The notes under the pieces are model-generated. The model had not been told where the DNA came from and did not search any database. It saw nothing but the letters and a program-made list of their open reading frames with translations. A stretch of 63,976 bases of DNA, filler included, from Dugesia japonica (lineage: Eukaryota), in assembly GCA_001938525.1 (NCBI GenBank). It is 7 parts of 7 records of this genome, joined end to end, with 100 filler letters (N's around TTAATTAATTAA, not from the genome) between each part and the next. Parts side by side here need not be neighbours in the genome. Positions count along the whole stretch, not along the records: positions 28,329 to 38,246 come from MQRL01607009.1; positions 38,347 to 46,919 come from MQRL01511885.1; positions 47,020 to 55,687 come from MQRL01645636.1; 4 more parts are not named here. One strand, given 5' to 3'. Shown piece by piece: positions 37,106 through 50,869 of the stretch. Within the stretch, counting starts at the first letter, position 1; each line of letters opens with the position of its first letter. The position numbers and the translations under genes were made by a program.

Positions 37106-37826
37106 TGTTGAGGTTTGAATGTACAAGCATACAATACACACAACACACAAAAAACAAGCAGAGTAATATAACTCAAAATCTATTCAATCAAAATCTCCAA
37201 ATCAATTATTCAATCCAAGTCCTCGAATCAAGATTAATCAATCCAACTCAAATATGCTGATATTACATTTTATTATTATGTCTATTATTATTTGTAAATT
37301 AATTTGAACTGAAAATTTTACAAATATGCTGACATTACATTTTATTATTATGATTGTTTGAACCTGAAAATTTTATGTTTATTATTATTTGTAAATCAAT
37401 TTGAACTTTATTATTGTTTGTAAATTAATTTGAATTAAAAATTTTATGTTTATTATTATTTCTAAGTAAAATTGTTTTGAATTTTGCACTAGGCATGAGG
37501 CCTAGTGTAAATTTTACTATAAATACTGACGTATGTCAGTTTATTTTTCAGACATTTTTAATTAAGGAAACCTCTTTCTTTAAGTGGCTTTCCTTCTTTA
37601 AATAAATTATTGCTTATAAGGTTAAGCGTATATCCTAAATAACTATTTTGAAAAGGTGATTGCTTATTCATTTATATAAGGAAGTATACAATATATAACC
37701 ATATTTATATTTTTGATAAAATATCGTCTATATAAAATATAAATCACACACAATATTACAATTATCTTAATCATTTATAACTATACTATACGAACCATAA
37801 ACTTTTGTTGAGTTAAATACCCAACA
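37106..37826 (+). repeat. Candidate 3' LTR
   Basis: Begins TGTTG right after the PPT; internal tandem repeats and TATAAAT at ~37518; ends cccAACA like the 5' LTR end at 10129. The right boundary is inferred because no second LTR is in the window. Confidence 0.55.
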
Positions 37827-38617
37827 TAACTTTGAAAATTATTTTGGAACTGCTGCAAAATTAATTGAAGACATGGATAAAGGAAAAATAATTGAAGAAA
37901 TTATAGAAGAAGAAAATACAATTATTGAAAAACAAATTCCGGATAATCAAAAGATGGAAGTGACTTGCGATTGTTACTGTAAGGAAAAGTTAAAATATTA
38001 ACTAAAAATTTCATGTTGTTTTAAATAACTAAAAATAGAGAAGGTCGTTAAAGAAAATATTTAAAAAGTGTAAGTAGTTAAAAACTTACGGATTTGTTAA
38101 TTTATTGGATTGCTTTATTACTATTGATTGCGAGACTTTCTGGTCCTGTTTGGTTTATCGATTTATTTGGGAATATTTATTATTGTGTCATTTATTTCGT
38201 GGAAACTGTTTATTATTAATACGTGAGTATTTATTTGGTATTGTAANNNNNNNNNNNNNNNNNNNNNNNNNNNNNNNNNNNNNNNNNNNNTTAATTAATT
38301 AANNNNNNNNNNNNNNNNNNNNNNNNNNNNNNNNNNNNNNNNNNNNAAAATTTTATAATTTTAAATTTTTATAATTTTATTATAATTTGTAAAATTGTCA
38401 AATTTCTGATTTTCAATAAAATATATTTTTATTGTATTTTTAAATTTTACATTATTAAAATTTTAAATAAACTTACTCAATGGAATATTTTAAAAAATGC
38501 TGATTTTTGATACTTTGCGTTTCGAATATAACTTTTTAAATTGGTTTTTAAAAAACAAATTTATATTCATCGTTTTGTTTTTGTGAATAAATCTTTTATG
38601 GAATCTAGTTTTATTAA

Positions 38618-39378
38618 CCCTTTCACGCTTTTATACACATAAATGCGGGAAATATTTTTTAAAAAACATAAAAATGGGGAAAGAGAAATTGAGCAAATCC
38701 AATGTAGTTAAAGATTATAATTCATATATAAGTGGTGTTGATTTAATGGACCAATTGACTGGATATTATGAGACTAATTAGTGGACAACAAAAATCTGCT
38801 TTCACATACTCAGCAGTGCTTTCCATAACAGTTGTGTCATATATAAAAAACTAAGTTCAGCTTCTCAGAAAATAACTTATTTAAATTATCTAATTAAATT
38901 AATATATGAGTTGGGAGGGAATAGTGTTGCCGACTTTCCTGAAGAAGNNNNNNNNNNNNNNNNNNNNNNNNNNNNNNNNNNNNNNNNNNNNNNNNNNNNN
39001 NNNNNNNNNNNNNNNNNNNNNNNNNNNNNNNNNNNNNNNNNNNNNNNNNNNNNNNNNNNNNNNNNNNNNNNNNNNNNNNNNNNNNNNNNNNNNNNNNNNN
39101 NNNNNNNNNNNNNNNNNNNNNNNNNNNNNNNNNNNNNNNNNNNNNNNNNNNNNNNNNNNNNNNNNNNNNNNNNNGAGAATAAAAATTATTTAGTTTAATA
39201 CTTTTCAGCAGTTTTTTTTTGATATTTTTGGATTTTAGTATATATTTTAAAAAATCCTTTTTTAAGCCATATTATTTATTATATATTTTAATATTTAAGC
39301 CCCAATATTTTAAAAATAATTTTTGTTTTTAAAACAAATATTTTGACTCCTAATTTTTTATTAATAACCGTGAAAGGG
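38618..39378 (+). mobile_element. Non-autonomous piggyBac element
   Basis: TTAA TSDs (38614-38617, 39379-39382), TIRs ccctttcacg / cgtgaaaggg, transposase remnant VVKDYNSYISGVDLMDQL..YY...W.TKICFHILSSAFHNS. Confidence 0.92.
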
Positions 39379-40059
39379 TTAATCATTCGATGAATACTTC
39401 AAACTGATCTAACAGTATGCATACATCTTACACATATATTAGTTATCTAAAAAACATTGAAATTAATTATATTGATATATAGTATTGTAACTATATATAA
39501 CAAACCTAAAAATCTTTTTTTAAAATAATATACTATTATTTAAATATTCCAATTGATATTGAACTATATTATAGTTTTAAAAGCAAACCATAAAATATTT
39601 TATTGAGTAGAAATACCCAAAAATTGATTGCTTCACAATATAAAATATTATTAATTATAAATTATAATTATAACTGTAAATAATTATAATTTTTAAAAAA
39701 TTTTGATGACATTCGAATAAGAATAAAAAACTATATTTTATATAAAGAAATACTACATAGAAATGCTTCGTTCTCGTTGGGAAAGATGTGGTGCGCTGGA
39801 TAAATACTTCACTCGGTAAAGTTGTTTAGAAATTTTTCATTTTTAATTTTTGATAGAGACTACACGAATTGATACGCTTCGATATACAAATCCATATTTC
39901 AGGTTAGAAAATCCTCCCCAGACTGAATCATGTCCTGGTTTTGTCAGCTTGAAGCTGTATTTAAAATAAACAAAAAGAGAAGAAAAAGAAGATGGCGCAA
40001 GGAAATGGCAGGATTTATTTGGAACTCTAATAAGTTTCATCCACATCAGATATTTTTGC

Positions 40060-40690
40060 TCTGCAGTCTTCAATTTCTTCAATCTCCAGATTTCCAGCTT
40101 ATCCGTTGTGGAAACTCTAATGATCGAGACAAGAGCGAATTTTTTGATTGTGTTATCGAGGAACTTAACCTGTTTGATTACAGACTCATTTTCTACACAC
40201 CACAATCCCAGACACCCGATTGAGATCGTCTTAAGGAGAATTTCCATTTTGGGTAAGCTTTTCTGGATTTCCTCCTTGAGTGGTGTGTATTTCCCAATGT
40301 TTACGTCCTTCGCTAATTTTAGATTATTGGATGTATCATAGTGATTCTTTACTTCCAGAAATATAGTTCGCTTTCCCTCCTATTTATTAGTTGCAAGTCA
40401 ACGCGATCAGTCCTGTTAACAAGGTCACAGGTCTGATCGATGATGACTTCAAAGCAAGTGTTGGCCCTAATAAATCTGGCGAGTAGATCAAGCAAATCAT
40501 TGTTTTAAACGCTGAAGAATGGGGGCAATGACACAAGACATGTGCTTGAGTTTCCAAATGGAAACAATACTTCCGCCAGGCTTTTAATGGCACCCCATGG
40601 TTGCAACGTACTGGAAGTGTGCCGGTTCTTGCTCGGTGTATGAAACGCCATTGATCAGGTTTAATAGAGCCATCGTACAGCTGTTTGGTA
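40060..40690 (-). mobile_element. 3' fragment of an RLE-type non-LTR retrotransposon (NeSL/Utopia-like)
   Basis: QWRFIHRARTGTLPV, zinc-knuckle remnant C..LETQAHVLCHC, and ISIGCLGLW of the restriction-like endonuclease C-terminus. Confidence 0.75.
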
Positions 40691-43198
40691 GATAGTTGAA
40701 TAATTTGTGTTTTGTATATTTTGTAAGTAAAACATCAATTTTAAACGTGTATTTTGAGTTAACTGTTTTTGTTTAAATATTTTATGAATAATTTAAGTTT
40801 TAGAGTAAAATTGAGAAGGAAAAATAAATTAAATTTAAATTGGCCGTTATTATTTTTTACGAAAAATATGTAATAACAAAGTTTTTAATCGAGTTATTAA
40901 AAAATTATTAAGTGTAATAGTCAAAATTTGTTTAAATTAAACGAACTCTTGAAGAAAAAAGAACCTGTGCATTAACAAAATTGTAAACCAATACCAATTT
41001 GTAATTAAAATAAATGTTAGTATTTTTTAAAAAAGATTTACGTAACTCGCAGTTTAATTAATTATGTAATGGAAAGAGTATTGAATATCAAAGTTCATTT
41101 CAGGATGAACTTTTAAATGATAATCGCACACCAAAAATAATAATTATGAATTATTAAATTAAAAATAAAATATTTTAACATAAATATTTAGTGTATTTTT
41201 TTTACGGAGCATTATGGAATTTTTAGACTAGTAAAATTTATTTCATTTACAAACCGTTTTCGTTAATTAATTAAGTTTCTTATTTTTGTAAACGATCTGT
41301 ATTTTAAATTGAAAATAATTATATTTTATAGAAATTATTTTTTAAATTTTATTCTAGGTCATTTATTATAGATTTTATGGAATAAGTAGAATTTCAAGAA
41401 GTATTTTATCTAGAAATACTGAGAGAAGAAGAAAATATTTTTATTTAATTAATAAAATTTCTCCCAATTGACTGCAAACAAAGAATTTTTGCACACCTAT
41501 AAAAACCAAAGTTTAAGTAGCCCAAATAAGTCAATAATCACTGCATAAATACAATGAGGAAGTCACAAAATGTGAGAAAACCAGGAAACATTACAAATAA
41601 ATAAAAAATTAAATGCTAAATATCTATTTATTTTAATATGAATAATATTTATATATATTTCATAAAATTTATATTCCGAGCAGTAAAATTGTAATTAATT
41701 AAAATTTAATTAAAATAAATTAGCGAATGTGAAAAATAATACAAATGAGATCACCAATAAAAGAAATTAATAAAATATCATTTAACTGTAAAGTTTTACT
41801 TGTATAAAGGAAAGTATTTTTGTACTGAAAATTATATAAGTGATTATTTATTATCAAGTATTTTACAATTTTATTGCTTACTATATCAATGTTACAACAC
41901 AGAATTTATGAATTAATAAATTAAAGTAGTTATTGGTTTAAAAACTTAATTAAAAATATTATTATTTTTATTTTTCTTAGTGAAATATTGTAACCAAATC
42001 CAGTAAAATTCAATTTTTGAAATTGTAAAAATTTATTTTAATTTGAGATTGTTTAGTTCAATCATTTTAAATAAAATTTTTTTAAGCATTCATTTTTACA
42101 ATAATTCAAAATTTTAATTTTCGTAACATTTATGGAATTCAATCATAATTAAATTGTTTTATTGAATCTGCAGTCTATGCTTAATCAAATAAAGTCTAAA
42201 TTGATACGTTTGTAATCAGAAAATGAAAAGTAGTGTAGTATAATTTTAGCTAATTTTAGTTTCCCATGCGGAAATTGATACCAAATTATAAAGAAATAGC
42301 AGTTAATTTAGAGATTTTTAAAAACGGTAGAAAATATTATACGGAAATTTTTTTGCTAAATATGTTAAATATTAAACAGCTTTCTTGCTAGGATCAATGA
42401 GAGTATATACGTCTGCCTCCATTGACTACGCCCTCTATTATTTTTCGATATTTTGTTACTTATTTAAAATTTATCATAATCAAAGGTTCATCAAATTCGA
42501 AATATCAAGAACTAAAAAGAAAAGCTTTTTATTTAATGAAATCAAATTATTTATAGTAAAAATATTTTCTTGATAAATTGATATAGTATGAAATGATTTA
42601 TTTATTTGCTTGTTTGGTTGTGTAGAGTATAAATAAATGATAAGAGATAAATACAAAACGAAATTTGAAATTACTAATTGTAATCAATACAAATCATTAT
42701 TGAGTATCCAAATAAAATCAGATGAATACAATAAATTAAATTTATCAAAATAAAAACGACATTTATTTTTCTGAATTAGTATGATGTTTTAATGGTTGAC
42801 GGTTTCTTAAGAGCGAATATTGTGATGGTGTATTCGAAATCTTTTAAGAGAACCGGACAAGGTATTTTTTATATCTATTAACTTTGTAATTTCTTTTATT
42901 TTCTGAATATTCATAAATTCTGAAAAGTAAAACAATTTGTAAAAATGACTGAGAAAGGGCCACAAATAAGACAGGTCGTTCTTTACAGTGTAATTATATT
43001 GATTAATAATTCAGATCTTTTATATATAGGATTTCAGGATTATATCTAAATTTATGGATTTCGAGTGCTTGTTTTCCACTAAATATTATCTTCGAATTAT
43101 ATAAACCAATAAATAGTTTTCATGAGCAACTTTTTGGACTTATTGTAATTCTATAATTAAACAAAAGAAAATAACAATTACACATTTATTTTCTAGTT

Positions 43199-44140
43199 TC
43201 AACAAACATAAAATCTTCTCACCATATCCAAATCATTTCTTGATGTAACATGGTTGTAATCAATTATATCNNNNNNNNNNNNNNNNACAACATTTTCTCC
43301 AGGAACACAAGCGAATCCGTAGCTTGGATAGTGCATAACACTGTTTGTTTCATAGGGTCCATCTACTTCACAACCTTCACATTTTACGAACTGGCTGCAA
43401 TCTGTTAGATTAATTAATATTTATAATAAATAAATTTTAGTTGTCTTACGAGATGACAGAATTCTGTCCCATCTTATATATATGTGGCTGTCTCTGTCCT
43501 TTCTCATGTGTGTGTGCATGAATCCTAAAGCATGAATAAATTCGTGTTTTACTGTTCCCTTGGAATACATGCATCCTGGATTTTGTAAATTCAATGGTTG
43601 TTTCGGTCCTCCGGTGTAACCCAATAATGAATAACATCCTTGGTCCAGAGATTGTACTTCGATGTAATGAGATGCTGTTGATTCGCTGAATTTTACACAA
43701 TTTCCGAGATCTTTCTGTAATTCCACTAAGCATTCTCGAACAACACCTTTTTTGTCATTAGCTAAAACCAATCAAATTTCATCAATATCAACATGAAACA
43801 CTTACGAAATGCTGGTGCAAAAGAAAACAAAACTTGATTGTTTGGCCATCTCTTCGTGTTGGAATAATGAGCTTTGAACTGAAACATTATAAATAGTATT
43901 ATATTATTGTATCATGTCATATACAAATTGATTACTCCATTGATTAAAGCAATATCACTCTTGTCGAGAACCATATCACCCATTTGCATGCTATTCAGAC
44001 TTCGCTTCAATAATTTCTGAACACACACAAATACAAATAAATAATTTTTAATGCTATTTTACTTGTCGAGGACATCCGCATTGACCTGCCGCGTAATTTA
44101 TTGTTGCAATAATCAATAAGAAGCAAAATAATTTCTGCAT
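43199..44140 (-). CDS. Secreted astacin (M12A) metalloprotease, 5 exons, catalytic domain only
   Basis: Signal peptide MQKLFCFLLIIATINYAAG; prodomain GDMVL; RWPNN; GCYSLLG; HEFIHALGFMHTHMRKDRD; Met-turn SVMHY; short GT-AG introns (44 and 48 nt checked); stop at 43199-43201. Confidence 0.93.
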
Positions 44141-44329
44141 TATACAGACTATTGAAATTTGCAATATTTCAAATATATTTATACATTTCTCTTTAAAAGG
44201 AACTCAGCAGAACAAATATTTCTAATAGTAAACAAATTAAATGAATGTTCTAGATCAAATAATGAAAAAATTGAATTTCTTTATAATAAAGATATTTATT
44301 ATGCATTTTAATTTTCTTACTCACTGGAA

Positions 44330-45748
44330 TTTCATCTACATAATTATTGGTGGCACTATCCTTCTTAGAGGGAACCTAGTATCCTCAAGTATTTGTGATA
44401 CCTGCATGCTATGCCTCTCTTTTCCTGGTTCAGCGTGACTTTGTAGTATTGTGTTTTACACTCTGGGGATGTTCGTAGGCAACATTTAATTTGCTCAATG
44501 ATTACTTTCATATTGCATTAACATAATAGTTTATACGGCCGTACATAGCCAAAAATAATTGGATAAGACATGTTACTGCTAAGATTTATTTTTTACACTT
44601 CAAATGTATAGATCAAATGTATTCCCTTTTTCGTTGGTTTCTTACTTCGATGGTTGGTAGGCCAAGTACAAGGTTCTCAGCGTTACGAAGAGAGTAGACT
44701 CTCTCTTTGCATAGATTTTTGTGAGATCAGCCATACGTGGATTGTCTTGCTGTAAGGCAAACTCCCTTTTAGTTGTAATCGTCGAGTTTCCGACTTGATC
44801 TGAAGTGCCAATAATCGCAGTACTTAATTCCTTAATTCTCACCTCTCTTCTTTTTACTTCTTCTGTACATTTACCAGCTTCTTCTTGAGTATCTGATCAT
44901 CATTTTTATTATTCACTAAATTATCGACATTAAACATAATCATGGCGTACATAACATTACAAAAAAAAATTTAATTTCAATATATTGTATGATCAAATAG
45001 TTGAAATTTCGTTTATCTTAACACGTTTCATAGTTAATGGGACAATCGACTCGTATTCTTTTTTCATTCATTTCTGCATCTACAGTTAATAAAAATTGAA
45101 AAGCATGTAGTGACGTACATATCACTAAAGCAACCAAAAAAATATAAATTCAAGATTCAACGAAATAACAAAGTTAACAATGTTTATTTGATGCATCGTC
45201 AGCAAACTTCAAAGACTGGATTGAGTCGCTCAGGCCGATTAACTCCTGCATGACTTTGGTTTCTTCTTCTCTTTCTTCGTACACCTGCAGTTTTTGTTTC
45301 AGATCCCGAAGGTTATTAGACCCTCCATTTGCCCATGGCATGCGATCAGATATCTCTTGGATGTTTTGTTCGATCTACGTGCGTAACTTTACTTGTTGTT
45401 CGTCAGACTGTCGTTGCCACTTTCTCAGCATCATCTGTACTTCCGACCATTCTTTGTTGTAGTTGCCTTCAAGTTTGATGTATTCTCAATTGCATATGTC
45501 TGCCGTTTTCTTTAAATACTCTCTTTACAATTCATTCATTTATTAATAAATAAGGATTATGGAATTTCATATCATTAGTACATCATTTGAATAAAATAAA
45601 AACAAAACTATTAGAACTTTATGTTACTTTGGCCGTTGATTGAATATTTTCTTTGTCCCCACTCTTGGATTCCTAACGAGCGAATATATCGCTATCTTTC
45701 CTCGTTCAAACTCCTTCGGAGTTTTCACAAGAATTCCCTGTTTATTCA
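44330..45748 (-). pseudogene. Multi-exon unknown charged/coiled-coil gene with in-frame stops
   Basis: GC-richer exon-like blocks (~45630-45748, 45190-45520, 44646-44900) with GT donors; translations such as NLRDLKQKLQVYEEREEETKVMQEL are interrupted by stops. Confidence 0.35.
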
Positions 45749-45949
45749 TTATTCATGAAAATTAGGTAAATGTACCATAAAATCAATAGGAAATAAACTC
45801 ATAGGCATTATCCAATCTGATAATAATAGTTGAAACACAAATAAGTGGTATCAATTTGTAAAGTAACTGAGTCAATATTCTATTTGCTAAAATAATGTAT
45901 TAGTGTTTAGAATGTTTAACCGAACTGCAAGAAAATTCTAATTCACTGC

Positions 45950-46750
45950 CATTATTGTTTTCTTATTAAAGTGTTCTACCCCAACATTATTATTATTATT
46001 ATCTCTGATTTTCTGGAGACTCACTTTCATGGTGTGCGGTTTGCCGTTATCTTGATGCAGGATAACGCCCTTTATATTGGCAAATGCACGATATTTGCGT
46101 TAGACACCATCTTTTATTAGTGTGGACTGTTTGCAAGAGACTCCCTCTGAATATATTTTGCAATGTGCGAGCAGTGTTTAGTGGATGATTTCATGTACAT
46201 TCCACCAAAGAATTTTTTATGATGTTGAATACCAGAGATGATTCAAACGTTTATCCGGGTTAAAGTCAATACTTTGCTGAGGATTGGTGTATTGTATTCA
46301 TTATCAGTGACAATCCAATTAAGAAAAGGGATGAACAACGAAATGCAAATGGATAATCTTTGTATTTTATTCTTTGTAGCCATTAGACGATGCATTAGAT
46401 TTTCTTTCACAATTTATCTTTCCAATATCTTTAAGATGATCAAACATTTTTTATTTAGGAGCGTTTAATTTTTCAACGATATAAACTACGGTAATCTGAG
46501 GATCATCCTCCACCAAATCGTACAGAACTTGATAGTCTATACCTAATAGATTGCTGAACTTGGTTCATCCTCCAGTTCAAAGTGTCCCAATCCAAACGTC
46601 GTGAAACATCATTTTACCAATTTGTCATTAAAAGCTTCTTCATAAGCTCCAATATTGTATTGCACGGCCTTTGTTGCTGATTTCTTTCACTTAAATTTGC
46701 TCAGTATCAGATTGCGCAATTGTTCCACTGATGGTTCAAAGTTTGCCATT
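45950..46750 (-). mobile_element. Degenerate mariner transposase
   Basis: N-terminal MANFEPSVEQLRNLIL...GHFELEDEP and catalytic-region KGVILHQDNGKPH. Confidence 0.75.
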
Positions 46751-48130
46751 TCATAATTTTTAAATATATTTTATTTAAACTTAGTCGAAGTAAAAATATA
46801 ATTTACTTTATTAAACATATGACGATAAATAGGATTAACTTCATAACGATTGAATTATCATTTATGGTTAAATAAATTGTTGTATCAAAATTTTTAGTTT
46901 TCATTTAAAACACAAAATTNNNNNNNNNNNNNNNNNNNNNNNNNNNNNNNNNNNNNNNNNNNNTTAATTAATTAANNNNNNNNNNNNNNNNNNNNNNNNN
47001 NNNNNNNNNNNNNNNNNNNCATATAATTCACGTGTCATAAGTATTTTTAGCCTACACTCATTGATCAACAATTCAAATCAATAAAACATCATATTTATCA
47101 ATAATTCTAATAAGAATGAAAATATGTAAAATTAAGTTTCGTAAAAATGTATTTTCAGCCTACACCGATTTAAATCAATAAAACATAAAAAAATTTAATA
47201 TTCTTATAAAAATAAAAATGTTGAAAATTAAGTATTGTAAGTATCGATTTCAGACAACAGTACTGAAAAAATTTCTATTTTTGAAGCAGGGAATTGAATT
47301 GAAAATTAGGTTATTTGCTTTCTTCAGAGATTTACTTTAATAATTGCTTTACCATTTTGATCTAAACTTTTTAAAATAGTGAAACTTTAAAAATACGATC
47401 AATGGTTAAGTTCAACAATTAATCTAGCAATAATTATAAATCGTCATATATATTAATGTAAAATTACTTTGGAATGCTTTTAAATACAAGAAGTGACACT
47501 AAACTAATCAATGTGTAACATAATTTATAAACATTTTTTGAATAGCATTGGTCTTCAAACTGTTCCACGGAACTTCCCTAATTAAATTTTTTGATGTTAA
47601 AATTTTTTATTGAAAAATAATATTATTCTTTAATTGTCGATACAACCAACATAAAATCATTCTATAATACTTCATTTCTCATGCACTTTTAAAATGTTTT
47701 TTTATTAATACTCGTAATTTTAATAAAATTTGTAAAATTTGTATGAAATTCTAAATTTATGTTTAAGATAGCAATATACAAATGTTTTGCTTCTTAATAA
47801 TTCGATATTTCAGTATCCATTAATTAATTAATAGATTAATTAATCGTTCTTATTTTAAGGTATTTAAAACAATTTAAATAATTCTAAATCAGAGAATAGA
47901 AAATATCAAAGACAAAATTTAATCACTATTGAAATGTGAATATAAAATATTAAAGAAACATATCGCTGGGCATTTCTTGTACGTATTAATTTATAGGACG
48001 TTAGATCTAGAAACGTATAGAAATTTAAATTGAGAAAATAAATAAATAATACGAAAATCAAAATAAAGGGTTTAACTAAAAATGAATTTTTTTATTGTTA
48101 GAATTTAATTTCGCACATTTGAAATAATTG

Positions 48131-48196
<66 letters not shown>

Positions 48197-48246
48197 NNNN
48201 NNNNNNNNNNNNNNNNNNNNNNNNNNNNNNNNNNNNNNNNNNNNNN

Positions 48247-48311
<65 letters not shown>

Positions 48312-48363
48312 TACTATTACCATCAGTAACGTTTTTCAAAACTACGTAACTATCAATTTATAG

Positions 48364-48587
48364 GGTTCGACCATCAGAAAATTTGTCTTTACAAAATACA
48401 TTGATTTTAAAAAATCCCGAAATTCAGAATATGGATCTGATGATGCTTCAGACAATAGATAAAAAGGAATTTCCCTCATTTCTTTCTTTAACCTGGGGAT
48501 TAATTGCAAATGTTGATGTTGGATCAGATAAATTACGCTGGATGGGAACAGCTAGGTTTAATATATCTGCAGCAGTACAAATAGCAA
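48364..48587 (+). CDS. SPHK: Exon of sphingosine kinase (DAG-kinase-like family)
   Basis: MDLM...SFLSLTWGLIANVDVGSDKLRWMGTARF matches the SphK motif FLSL.WG..ADVDIESEK.R.LG..RF; tag acceptor at 48361-48363, GT donor at 48588. Confidence 0.85.
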
Positions 48588-50429
48588 GTAATAATTTTTC
48601 CATTTATTTTTTAATGAATGCAACATTATAAACTTAGAAATAAATAGTATAAATTCAAGAATGAATTTTGGTCCTTTTTGTGAAAAATTAAAATACAATT
48701 ATTTTATAATTTATACTTCGAAATACAGTGAAGGACGCTTATTGTGATCATGTTTGCCAACTTACAATTGATCCGTTGAAACGACAATTCAAATAACCGA
48801 AAATAGTAAATATTAAACGGGTAAGGCGAAAAAAGAACGGTCACTTTGAATTTGATTCTATAAAACTGCTAATTCTAATAACCAGTGTTCACAATAAATG
48901 GCATCTACTGCGCTGGTTATACAATATTTAAATTAATAATAGAAATTTTTACCACCAAAAATAGTGTGTTCTTAATTTTTTTAGAAATCGGAACCTTTTT
49001 ATTTTGAAAATAAGTTCTTGAATTCTCTTAGAGAATATTATTACAATTTATTATTTATAAATTATAAAATAGAAATATTATTTACCTCTTCACTGTTTAA
49101 TTTTTTCTCCAAAATAAAATATATAAAAATAATATATAAAATTAAAATATATTAAAATAATATATATTAAAATTAAATTTAGTTATATTGAATAATACTA
49201 ATGCAATTATTTTGTCCTTGTAACAGTTGTACTTCACATGATTTGAAAAATTGTCATTTTTTCATGATGAGTATTTTCTACATAAAAATTTATTGCCGTG
49301 TTAGGCAACATTTTTCGTATTGCGGCAAATTAAACCACGAATGAATTTTAAGCAACACAGCCATAAATAAAACCTAGAAATTTTTAAAACGTGAGAAACA
49401 ATTTAATAAAAAACTGTTATCAATTACATGGAATTTCAAAAAATGCTAAAAATCAAGTGACTAAATGTTGAAGATTTCCCAAAAAATTTCAATGTAAAAA
49501 TAAAACATCGTTTTTTAATAATTTTATATTACAAATTAAAAAACTGAATAAAATTAGCAATTTTAAATACTTTTCCTTAATTTTTTGCTGCAAATGAGTT
49601 GCCGACACAGATTTATTTGGTGAAATGATTTGTTTTCAAATTTATTTTTGGTAAATATTGAAATTCTAACAAATTCAATTTTAGTTTTTATTACTATATT
49701 GCTAGTTTTGAGTATATTAAACAAAATATTAGATTTAAAACTTCTAATATCACTTGAATAACTTTAATGAATCTTTGGAAGATTTCATAAAATTTAAAAA
49801 TTAAACATCAAAAGCGATAATTAAAGTATCTCAATATTCTATGCTTAACTCATAAAAATGAAATTTTAAATTGTAGTTTAACAATTGAATACACGACATT
49901 GCTAAGTATTAGTATGGTGTAAATGTGTTCTATTGTTTGTCTCGAGGTCATTTCATATTAGAATACGTTTTGAATTGACATTATTTAAATGATTCATCGC
50001 TTTTAGGTTTTCATTAATATAATAAATCAATTGCTTAAACAATATACAAATTTTTGTACGTTTTTTATTATTCTTGGATTATCAATTTTAATTAAATATA
50101 ATAATCCTTGTCTCAATAAACTTCTCAGAAAAGTATGAAATAATCTATTGACTGAATAAATTGCATGAATTATTACAATTGTATTTAAAAAAATTGCAAA
50201 ATAATGGTTAATTTTTTTTAATAATCTTGATAGATTATTAAATTATTATTATGGTTGATGCCATATTTCCACCAAATTTTCGAATGGTAGGTTGTTGTTT
50301 AAAGCAGAAATTCATGCGACGCCGCGAGAATTTTCCAATATTGGACACCTATAAAAGTATCAAATCGATAGGACGAATAAAAGTCCATCGCAATCTGTTG
50401 TGACTCCTAACTATAAACTTTAATTTTTA

Positions 50430-50700
50430 AAAAACTATGGCAAATGTTTGATAAAAAATAAATAACGCCATTAAAAAATAAAATAAAATTTTATTGTTAT
50501 ATATTTCGACGGATCAACCGTCATCATTAGTTAATGAAAAATATGAGATTATTCAATCTGTATTATTCAAACAAAGATCCAAGCAATTATACTGAATATC
50601 AGATGGCTTTAATCAAAATTCTTAATTATTACTTTTTAAAAATTTTTTTCTTTTTAAATTTTTATTCTAATAACTTAATATTTTTATTCTAACAAAAATG
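50430..50700 (-). repeat. Penelope-like pLTR repeat with degenerate hammerhead motif
   Basis: Reverse-complement homolog of ~60960-61160; contains ctaatga-t-gacgg-ttgat-ccgtc-GAAA-tata-ta. Confidence 0.5.
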
Positions 50701-50869
50701 AAAATAAATGTAATTTCACATTTTAAAATTTTATCTAATCAATTTAAAAATTATTAGAAGAGTGTTGTATGAAGCGTTAATGATTAGATTTTATAATCCA
50801 ACGTAGGTACATACTGGCGCACGGCCACAATCAACTCCTTGTGTAAAAATCATTACGATAGTGAGTTAG

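Larger units (their letters stand above)
28790..37826 (+). mobile_element. Ty3/gypsy LTR retrotransposon, 5'-truncated, with ~4.5 kb of accessory ORFs and a 3' LTR
   Basis: Domain order PR-RT-RH-IN(GPY), then extra same-strand ORFs, a PPT at 37092 and a TGTTG...CAACA-bounded LTR candidate. Confidence 0.88.
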
